From an uncultured Clostridia bacterium (lineage in GTDB: Bacteria; Bacillota; Clostridia; TANB77; RGIG9151): a stretch of 28,495 nt of DNA. The stretch spans positions 1 to 28,495 of the forward strand of contig CAKSUD010000018.1 in assembly GCA_934500865.1 (NCBI GenBank), in the 5' to 3' direction. The position numbers were made by a program, and so were the translations under genes. Below the pieces are notes generated by a model that was not told where the DNA came from, did not search any database, and saw only the letters and a program-made list of their open reading frames with translations. Positions 8,941 through 17,082 of the stretch are shown in pieces (positions within the stretch are counted from its first letter, which is position 1; each line of letters starts with the position of its first letter).

Positions 8941-10075
8941 TTTTATTATCCTTCCCCTCATACAACTTTAAAATTCTATCAACAATCTTTGCACCGGCAT
9001 CTAAATCCCTAAATGCAAGTTGATTTTTTCTTATCTTTATAAGTCTCTCTTTATCATTTACAATAAGCTTGTTTACGGTCTTAGCCAAGTCATTTGGCTT
9101 AGTGCAAAGAAGCCCTAAATCATTTAATAAAATAAAATCTATATTTCCTTCTTCTTGACCAGGAAGAGCACCTGTAATTATAACCGGTAAAGTACAAGTA
9201 ATACACTCCATAAGTACATTAGGGCTACCCCTAACAATTCCAACATCATTAGTAGTCATAAGAGTTTCAACATCTTTAACATAACCATAAATCGTCACTC
9301 TATCTAATTGGTTTCTGAACTTAACTTCTAAAGTCTCCTTTAGCTTTGTATTTCTTCCGGCAACAGCAGATACTCTGGAATTAGGAATCTTAAGCAATCT
9401 TTCAATCGTAGCTCCCATATCTCCAGAACCTTCTCCACCACTCATAATTAAGAAATCTATATTTTTCTTTTCACGAATAGCCTTGTCGTCTATCATTTTT
9501 ATTTTTGCACCGGCTTTTAATATTTCTTTTCTTACAGGAAGATTGATAATAGCCATTTTTTCTTCATCCGCGCCATTTTTAATAGCATATACCCAAGCTG
9601 ATTTTGTAGGTGCAATCATTAAGTCAGCTCTAGGCTCAATCCAAAGTGGAGAAATAGAAATCAAATCAGCAAATACAGCAGCAAACTTGATTTTTTTCTT
9701 TCCTTTTCTTTCCTCAAGTAAGTCCATAACCGCATTATTAAATGCAGGGTGAACTGTGACAATAATATCCGGATTAAACTCGTCAACTAATTTATAAAAC
9801 TTTCTCTTTATTATTCTTTTTACTACACTCTTTACTAAATGAGGTTCTGTTGCTGACATTGCATAAATAAATTTCCACATATCTTCGGAAGTTCTAATTA
9901 TTGGTGCATACATTTTGCCAATTCTAAGACCCATCTTACCTCCGAATTCAAATGCCTCAACAGACTTAAATTCAACATCTTCATACTTGCTAAGTTCTAC
10001 CTCTAGGGCATTAGTTATACTTTTGTGTCCATGTCCTGTAACATATGATGTCAAAATTAATACACGCTTTTTCAT
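8927..10075 (-). CDS. MGDG-synthase-family (GT28-like) diacylglycerol glycosyltransferase
   Basis: 382 aa. N-terminal ILTSYVTGHGHKSITNAL is typical of the monogalactosyl/diglucosyl-DAG synthase family, and the C-terminal half looks like GT-B (GGEGSG...PGQEEGN). GGAGG RBS is present. The stop overlaps the gatC start by 14 nt. Confidence 0.8.
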   Translation of the reverse strand: MKKRVLILTSYVTGHGHKSITNALEVELSKYEDVEFKSVEAFEFGGKMGLRIGKMYAPIIRTSEDMWKFIYAMSATEPHLVKSVVKRIIKRKFYKLVDEFNPDIIVTVHPAFNNAVMDLLEERKGKKKIKFAAVFADLISISPLWIEPRADLMIAPTKSAWVYAIKNGADEEKMAIINLPVRKEILKAGAKIKMIDDKAIREKKNIDFLIMSGGEGSGDMGATIERLLKIPNSRVSAVAGRNTKLKETLEVKFRNQLDRVTIYGYVKDVETLMTTNDVGIVRGSPNVLMECITCTLPVIITGALPGQEEGNIDFILLNDLGLLCTKPNDLAKTVNKLIVNDKERLIKIRKNQLAFRDLDAGAKIVDRILKLYEGKDNKNDNK

Positions 10076-10091
10076 ACGCTCTCCTCCTATT

Positions 10092-12080
<1,989 letters not shown>

Positions 12081-12096
12081 TTATCATTATTTTTTC

Positions 12097-12399
12097 TTAA
12101 TAAATACAGATTCCAACCCTGTCAATATGTTCAACCAATTCTTTTGTTGAGCAAGTATCATAGTGAACAACATCAAAAAAGTAAGGTAAAGTAGTTTCCT
12201 CTTCTAGTTCCTCCTGTATCTTAGCCACAGTGTCTACTGTTATATTCTTACCTTTTATTGCTATATCTATATCCGAACTATTTTTATATGTTCCCTTTGC
12301 TCTAGAACCAAATACGTAAGCATTCTCTACTTCATTATATTTTCTTATAACATCTTTAATTTCTCTAACCTCATCATCGCTAAGCCCTAAGCCATTCAT
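12097..12399 (-). CDS. Minimal nucleotidyltransferase (MNT / MntA-like antitoxin of a HepT-MNT module)
   Basis: 100 aa. Pol-beta-type NTase motif FGSRAKGTYKNSSDIDIAI (GSx..G...DxD). The ATG lies 1 nt after the stop of the upstream HEPN gene (TAG-c-ATG). Confidence 0.85.
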   Translation of the reverse strand: MNGLGLSDDEVREIKDVIRKYNEVENAYVFGSRAKGTYKNSSDIDIAIKGKNITVDTVAKIQEELEEETTLPYFFDVVHYDTCSTKELVEHIDRVGICIY

Positions 12400-12400
12400 G

Positions 12401-12793
12401 CTATATCTCCTCTTTTAACTTTAGATATAATTTTTTAATCATAAAATAATATTTTCCCTTTATACTTTCACCAACCGATAATGCCACACTCTCTTCATAA
12501 GTATGTGACATTAAGTTCCTTTTTTCTAAAGCATCAATCCACAATGCGCCATCATCAACTAAGTTCGCCGAAAATGCAGTCTTAATAGTTTCTCTTGGTG
12601 TACTTAATATATATCCCTCATTTTCTAAGTAATCCTTCATAACTTTCCAACCAAGTTCAAAAGTATATTCAAAACATTGAATTAACCCTTGAAGTTCAAA
12701 TTTATTTAATTCACCTTTTTCTATGAACTCAGTTAATTGGCCGAAAGCTTTTTCCAAATTAGAAAACCTTTGCTTCCAACGTATATCATGCAT
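12401..12793 (-). CDS. HEPN-domain protein, HI0074 / nucleotidyltransferase-substrate-binding family (HepT-like toxin)
   Basis: 130 aa. N-terminal IRWKQRFSNLEKAF is typical of the HI0074 family. The Rx4HxY motif RNLMSHTY is at aa 92-99 (nt 12497-12520). GGAGGGG RBS is present. Confidence 0.85.
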   Translation of the reverse strand: MHDIRWKQRFSNLEKAFGQLTEFIEKGELNKFELQGLIQCFEYTFELGWKVMKDYLENEGYILSTPRETIKTAFSANLVDDGALWIDALEKRNLMSHTYEESVALSVGESIKGKYYFMIKKLYLKLKEEI

Positions 12794-12817
12794 ATTGACC
12801 CCTCCATTTTCAAATTA

Positions 12818-13276
12818 CTATAATATCTCTAAAACTTCCTTAGGAACCCATTTGTCAATATTTTTACCGTACTTATGTAATTCCATAACAACAGATGAAC
12901 TTATATGCGCTGTTTTACCCGCTCTAAAATAAATTGTTTCGACACCCGAAACCTTGCTATTTACGACAGCCAAATTTTCCTCGTACTCATAGTCCGTTCC
13001 GTTTCTTAATCCTCTTACTAAGAACTTTGCCCCCTTTTGCATCGCAAAATCAACAGTAAGACCGTCAAACACGTAAACTTCAGCGTTATTAATTCCGTTA
13101 CTTGCTATTACTCTTTGAATTGCACTTTTCATAGCTTCTTTATCCGTACGTCTCTTTTTCTCACTATTAACCGCAATCGCAACATAAACGGTATCAAAAA
13201 CCTCAGCCGCTTGTCTTAAAACGTGTAAATGTCCAATCGTAAATGGGTCAAACGAACCCGCATATACAGCCTTCAT
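12818..13276 (-). CDS. coaD: Phosphopantetheine adenylyltransferase
   Basis: 152 aa. MKAVYAGSFDPFTIGHLHVL carries the T/HxGH motif, and the length is typical for CoaD. Confidence 0.93.
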   Translation of the reverse strand: MKAVYAGSFDPFTIGHLHVLRQAAEVFDTVYVAIAVNSEKKRRTDKEAMKSAIQRVIASNGINNAEVYVFDGLTVDFAMQKGAKFLVRGLRNGTDYEYEENLAVVNSKVSGVETIYFRAGKTAHISSSVVMELHKYGKNIDKWVPKEVLEIL

Positions 13277-13292
13277 ATAAAGTCCTCCTAAA

Positions 13293-14336
13293 TTATAAAT
13301 TAATTAAATTTATCAATTCTTCAACTATTTTTTCTTCCGGAACTTTTTTTATTATTTCGCCCTTCTTAAACAGTAATCCACAGCCGTCGCCACAAGCAAC
13401 TCCAAAATCAGCTTCACTAGCCTCTCCCGGGCCATTCACAGCACATCCCATAACAGCTACTTTTATATTTTTATCTATATTTTCTACTGCTTTTTCAACC
13501 CTCTCGGCAATTGGTAGCATATTTACCCTAGTTCTTCCGCAAGTAGGACAAGATATAAACTCAACGCCTTTATTTCTTATGCCCATTCCCTTTAAAATCT
13601 GCCAGCCAACCTTTACCTCATCAACCGGATTAGAAGTCAATGACACTCTTAGCGTATCTCCAATTCCTTCATTTAATAAAATTCCTATTCCCATAGAATT
13701 CTTAATCGTTCCGCCAAGTAACGTTCCGGCCTCTGTTACTCCTATATGTAAAGGATAATCACATTTTTCAGACAATAATTTATAAGCTTTAATCGTATCG
13801 GGCACATTAGAAACCTTAAGTGAAACAACCATATTATTAAAATTCAAATCCTCTAAAAGCTTTACATGTTCATACGCGCTTTCAACAAGCCCATCAACAG
13901 TAACCTTTCCGTATTTCTCAATTACACGCTTTGCAAGAGAGCCACCATTAACTCCAACTCTTATCGGAATATCTCTTTCTTTTGCCGTATCAACAACAGC
14001 CTTAACTCTATCAATATCCCCAATATTTCCTGGATTAATTCTTATTTTATCAGCTCCACTTTTCATTGCTTCAATAGCTAATCTATAATCAAAATGTATA
14101 TCAGCAACAATAGGAATAGAAATTTGTTTTTTAATCTCACCTATAGCCTGTGCCGCTTCCATATCTAAAACAGCCACTCTTATTATTTCACAACCTGCAT
14201 CTGTAAGTTCTTTTATTTGATTTACAGTAGCAGCAACATCTCTTGTATCTGTGTTGCACATAGATTGAACTAAAATAGGCTCGTTTCCTCCTATATATCT
14301 ATCTCCAATTCTTACTTTCCTAGTCATTTTTCTCAT
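13293..14336 (-). CDS. ispG: 4-hydroxy-3-methylbut-2-en-1-yl diphosphate synthase (GcpE)
   Basis: 347 aa. VRIGDRYIGGNEPILVQSMCNTDT is the canonical IspG start. C-terminal Fe-S cysteines are present (CPTCGRT...GCAVNGPGE). GGGGG RBS lies 8 nt upstream. Confidence 0.93.
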   Translation of the reverse strand: MRKMTRKVRIGDRYIGGNEPILVQSMCNTDTRDVAATVNQIKELTDAGCEIIRVAVLDMEAAQAIGEIKKQISIPIVADIHFDYRLAIEAMKSGADKIRINPGNIGDIDRVKAVVDTAKERDIPIRVGVNGGSLAKRVIEKYGKVTVDGLVESAYEHVKLLEDLNFNNMVVSLKVSNVPDTIKAYKLLSEKCDYPLHIGVTEAGTLLGGTIKNSMGIGILLNEGIGDTLRVSLTSNPVDEVKVGWQILKGMGIRNKGVEFISCPTCGRTRVNMLPIAERVEKAVENIDKNIKVAVMGCAVNGPGEASEADFGVACGDGCGLLFKKGEIIKKVPEEKIVEELINLINL

Positions 14337-14364
14337 ATCACTATCCCCCTAATTTACCACATAT

Positions 14365-14393
14365 ATTTTATACATTTTTTTGCAAAACGTCAA
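14365..14393 (-). promoter_or_regulatory. Putative sigma-A promoter of ispG (TTGACG-17 nt-TAAAAT)
   Basis: On the minus strand, TTGACG is at 14393-14388, followed by a 17-nt spacer and TAAAAT at 14370-14365, about 30 nt upstream of the ispG ATG. Sequence pattern only. Confidence 0.5.
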
Positions 14394-14452
14394 ACTTTCG
14401 GCAATATTTTATTTAGGATATTTAAAATTGTTTTTAATTAGTGCTGTATTGT

Positions 14453-14672
14453 TAATGTGTCACACAAAATAATAGCAAATATCGCTCCAAGGACTACGTT
14501 TTAAAAGGTTCTACCCAAATTACCGACCGTCGCTCAAAGTCGACATCCTTGTCGACTCTCGCTCAAAATTTCATCCGCGAAATTTTGACGTTCTTGCCTC
14601 CGGCAAATTTGGAGAACCGAATTAAAACTCCGTAAAGTCGCTTTATTTGCTATTATTTTGTGTGACACATTA
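14453..14672. other. 220-nt near-palindromic multi-hairpin element (candidate structured sRNA or MITE); strand unresolved
   Basis: A perfect 29-bp inverted repeat, TAATGTGTCACACAAAATAATAGCAAATA (14453-14481) against 14644-14672, continues inward as imperfect pairing: 14484-14502 with 14624-14641, and 14507-14520 with 14607-14618. It encloses three hairpins at 14538-14557, 14563-14588 and 14594-14606. The interior is visibly GC-richer than its flanks. No ORF is present. Confidence 0.6.
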
Positions 14673-14691
14673 CTTACATATTTTAAACAAC

Positions 14692-14726
14692 AAAAAACGC
14701 TAAACCTTTAAGATTTAGCGTTTTTC
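14692..14726 (-). terminator. Rho-independent terminator after tRNA-Arg (bidirectional A-run/stem/T-run)
   Basis: AAAAAACGCTAAA-cctttaaga-TTTAGCGTTTTT. The 8-bp core stem is ACGCTAAA/TTTAGCGT, with a U-run on both strands. It lies 2 nt after the tRNA CCA end. Confidence 0.75.
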
Positions 14727-14728
14727 TA

Positions 14729-14805
14729 TGGTGTGCCTGAGACGATTCGAACGTCCGGCCAACGGCTTAGAAGGCCGTTGCTCTATCCTGCTGAGCTACA
14801 GGCAC
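14729..14805 (-). tRNA. tRNA-Arg (anticodon UCU), CCA encoded
   Basis: The reverse complement GTGCCTGTAGCTCAGCAGGATAGAGCAACGGCCTTCTAAGCCGTTGGCCGGACGTTCGAATCGTCTCAGGCACACCA folds by hand into a cloverleaf. Acceptor stem is GUGCCUG/CAGGCAC, D stem GCUC/GAGC, anticodon stem ACGGC/GCCGU with loop CU-UCU-AA, and T arm GGACG-UUCGAAU-CGUCU. Confidence 0.95.
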
Positions 14806-14827
14806 ATATGTAACTCACAACAGAATT

Positions 14828-14856
14828 ATTATACAATGTAATTTTACAAAAATCAA
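14828..14856 (-). promoter_or_regulatory. Putative sigma-A promoter of tRNA-Arg (TTGATT-17 nt-TATAAT)
   Basis: On the minus strand, TTGATT is at 14856-14851, followed by a 17-nt spacer and a consensus TATAAT at 14833-14828. This leaves a ~16-nt leader before the mature tRNA 5' end. Confidence 0.55.
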
Positions 14857-14873
14857 GTACTTTTTTATAAAAT

Positions 14874-16040
14874 TTACAAAACACTTTCGCCGTTTCCTAT
14901 TTCTTCTACTCCCAGGTACTTCAAAATAGTTGCTGCAATATCTGTAAAACCGTGTCTTATTCCAAAATTCTTATTACCCTTTATAATCTTTCCATAAATC
15001 AAAAGAGGTATATACTCCCTTGTATGGTCACATCCAGGAGTAGTTGGGTCACAACCATGGTCAGCCGTAATCATAAGAATATCTTCTTCTTTCATATTAG
15101 CCATAATCTCCGGAATTCTTGCGTCAAATTCCTCTAATGCATTAGCATAGCCTATTGGGTCGTTTCTATGACCGTACTTCATATCAAAATCTACCAAGTT
15201 GGTGAATATAAGGCCATTATCAACTGTTTTCATATAATCTAGAGTCTTATCTACTCCGTCCATATTTCCTTTTGTATGTACTGCGTCAGTTATACCGACA
15301 CCACAGAATATATCCTCAATTTTCCCAACAGCTGCAACAGTTAACCCTGCTTCCTTTATTTTATCCAACATACTAACTCCGGTAGGTTTTATTGAGTAAT
15401 CACGTCTATTTGAAGTTCTTACAAAATCTTCTCTATTCGTTCCTACAAATGGTCTTGCAATAACCCTTGCTACTTCTCGTTCGCCTCTTAATAACCGTCT
15501 TGCAACTTCACATATTTTATAAAGTCTTTCTAATCCGAAAGTTTCTTCGTGGGCTAATATTTGGAAATTACTATCAACAGGTGATACATAAACGATAGGC
15601 TTTCCTGTTCTTAAATGTTCTTCCCCATATTCTTTCATAATATCAGTTCCAGAACCGGCAACATTTCCAATAACACCGTCTAGTCCTGCCTCTTTTACAA
15701 ACTCATTGATAAATTCCTCAGGCATTCCATTAGGATTTATTCTAAACGGAGTTTCTGTCACAATACCTGACATTTCCCAATGGCCGACAGTTGTGTCTTT
15801 TCCACGAGACTTTTCACTTAACTTTCCGTATATTCCAATAGGTTCATCGATTTTGCCAAGTTCGCTATTACCATCTATATTAGCAATTCCCAACTTTATT
15901 AAATTAGGTATTTTAAAATTCTCTTTTGCCTTAGAAACATGAAGCAAAGTGTTTGTTCCTACATCTCCAAAGTCCTTTGCATCAGGTAATTCACCAGTTC
16001 CAACACTATCCATAACAACTAAAATAACTCTTTTCATCAT
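14874..16040 (-). CDS. deoB: Phosphopentomutase
   Basis: 388 aa. KRVILVVMDSVGTGELPDAKDFGDVGTNTLLHV is the canonical DeoB N-terminus, and the metal-binding ADHGCDPT motif is present. The second ATG (16037) fits the GGAGG RBS spacing better than 16040. Confidence 0.92.
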   Translation of the reverse strand: MMKRVILVVMDSVGTGELPDAKDFGDVGTNTLLHVSKAKENFKIPNLIKLGIANIDGNSELGKIDEPIGIYGKLSEKSRGKDTTVGHWEMSGIVTETPFRINPNGMPEEFINEFVKEAGLDGVIGNVAGSGTDIMKEYGEEHLRTGKPIVYVSPVDSNFQILAHEETFGLERLYKICEVARRLLRGEREVARVIARPFVGTNREDFVRTSNRRDYSIKPTGVSMLDKIKEAGLTVAAVGKIEDIFCGVGITDAVHTKGNMDGVDKTLDYMKTVDNGLIFTNLVDFDMKYGHRNDPIGYANALEEFDARIPEIMANMKEEDILMITADHGCDPTTPGCDHTREYIPLLIYGKIIKGNKNFGIRHGFTDIAATILKYLGVEEIGNGESVL

Positions 16041-16062
16041 ATTACCTCCGTTCCATTGTACT

Positions 16063-16090
16063 TAAAAAGGCATACATTACTGTATGCCTC
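16063..16090 (-). terminator. Rho-independent terminator downstream of xerD
   Basis: The minus strand reads AGGCATACA-gtaa-TGTATGCCT followed by TTTTT. The stem is 16068-16076 with 16081-16089. It starts 14 nt after the xerD stop. Confidence 0.7.
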
Positions 16091-16103
16091 TATTTTTAAT
16101 TTT

Positions 16104-16985
16104 CTACGCTCTTGGATGATGCTTTTGATAAACTTCTTTTAACTTATTATTAGCAAGTTGTGCATAAATTTGAGTTGAAGAAATATCTGAGTGCCCAAGC
16201 ATTTCTTGAATAGCTCTTAAATCTGCGCCATTTTCTACTAAATGTGTCGCAAAAGAATGTCTTAATGTGTGTGGAGTTATATCCATAGAAATCTTAGCTT
16301 GGTTTTTATATTGTTTAATAATCTTCCAGAAACCTTGTCTTGTAAGTCTTCCGCCATTTGTGTTAACAAACAAAGCAGTCTCTTTATCAGTATGAATCAT
16401 AGCATTTCTAGCTTCCTTTAAGTAAGCTGAAATAGCGTTACAAGCAGTAGTTCCAACCGGTATAACACGTTCTTTGTGTGCATTTTTGCACTTAATAAAT
16501 CCCATTTCCAAATTAATGTCATCAAGATTTAAGTTAATAAGTTCAGAAACTCTTATTCCTGTGGCATATAAAACTTCTAGCATTGCCTTGTCTCTATATC
16601 CCTTTAAATCAACACATTTTGGTTGCTCAAGTAGTAAATTAACTTCACTTACAGATAATATTTTAGGCAATTTTTTCTCCATCTTAGGAGATTCTAACCC
16701 TTCTGTTGGGTCCTCTTCAACTTCCTTAGTTCTAACCATATATTGGTAGAAAGAACGGATTGAAGCTAGATTTCTTGAAATTGTAGAAGTAGCCTTACCT
16801 TCTTTTTGTAGATACATCAAATAAGTTATAATACTAGTCTTGTTAGCATTTTTAAAATTTAAATTATTACTATCTATATATGACATATATTGGTCAATAT
16901 CTCTTCTATATGACTGTAATGTATTATCTGATAATTTCTTTTCATTTTCCAAGAATTTAATAAAACTTGTTATATTTTTATCCAC
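16104..16985 (-). CDS. xerD: Tyrosine recombinase XerD (XerC/XerD family)
   Basis: 293 aa with a GTG start and GAGAGGGA RBS. C-terminal catalytic signature HTLRHSFATHLVENGADLRAIQEMLGHSDISSTQIY. A xerD (ripX)...deoB (drm) neighbourhood is remembered from Bacillus. Confidence 0.85.
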   Translation of the reverse strand: MDKNITSFIKFLENEKKLSDNTLQSYRRDIDQYMSYIDSNNLNFKNANKTSIITYLMYLQKEGKATSTISRNLASIRSFYQYMVRTKEVEEDPTEGLESPKMEKKLPKILSVSEVNLLLEQPKCVDLKGYRDKAMLEVLYATGIRVSELINLNLDDINLEMGFIKCKNAHKERVIPVGTTACNAISAYLKEARNAMIHTDKETALFVNTNGGRLTRQGFWKIIKQYKNQAKISMDITPHTLRHSFATHLVENGADLRAIQEMLGHSDISSTQIYAQLANNKLKEVYQKHHPRA

Positions 16986-17017
16986 AGTATCATCCCTCTC
17001 TAAAAACGTTACGGTTT

Positions 17018-17046
17018 ATTCTATCATTTATTAAAAGATTATTCAA
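17018..17046 (-). promoter_or_regulatory. Putative sigma-A promoter of xerD (TTGAAT-17 nt-TAGAAT)
   Basis: On the minus strand, TTGAAT is at 17046-17041, followed by a 17-nt spacer and TAGAAT at 17023-17018, about 32 nt upstream of the GTG start. Confidence 0.5.
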
Positions 17047-17082
17047 GCGATTTATGTAAATTTATCTAAAATTTTTTTAGAC

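Noticed and set aside
14560-14590. GAUGAAA on the minus strand, reminiscent of a hammerhead ribozyme core.
   Set aside because: The required CUGAnGA box and the three-helix junction with a UH cleavage site are not present. It is only a partial string match.
14453-14672. Retron msr/msd-like ncRNA (long inverted repeats flanking a structured core).
   Set aside because: There is no reverse transcriptase gene, or any ORF, adjacent to it. The neighbours are tRNA-Arg and ispG.
14453-14672. 6S RNA, SRP (scRNA) or another housekeeping rod-shaped RNA.
   Set aside because: A perfect 29-bp closing stem and a three-hairpin junction do not fit the 6S central-bubble architecture. The conserved SRP domain IV sequence (GGAAGCAGC-type) is absent, as are RNase P and tmRNA signatures.
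14394-14690. A riboswitch or leader controlling ispG (for example a MEP-pathway metabolite sensor).
   Set aside because: A good TTGACG-17-TAAAAT promoter lies between the element and ispG. No terminator/antiterminator or SD-sequestering expression platform follows the element, and no known riboswitch core motif was recognised. This cannot be fully excluded without transcript mapping.
14729-16985. A tyrosine recombinase near a tRNA gene, as a sign of an integrated genomic island or prophage.
   Set aside because: The recombinase has the full XerD-type C-terminal signature. It is separated from the tRNA by housekeeping deoB. No phage or island cargo follows, and I saw no direct repeat of the tRNA 3' end.
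17065-17081. Hairpin TCTAAAA-ttt-TTTTAGA immediately after the LCP stop, as a possible terminator.
   Set aside because: The stem is almost purely A/T (one G-C pair) and, on the minus strand, has no clean U-tract. It is too weak to call.
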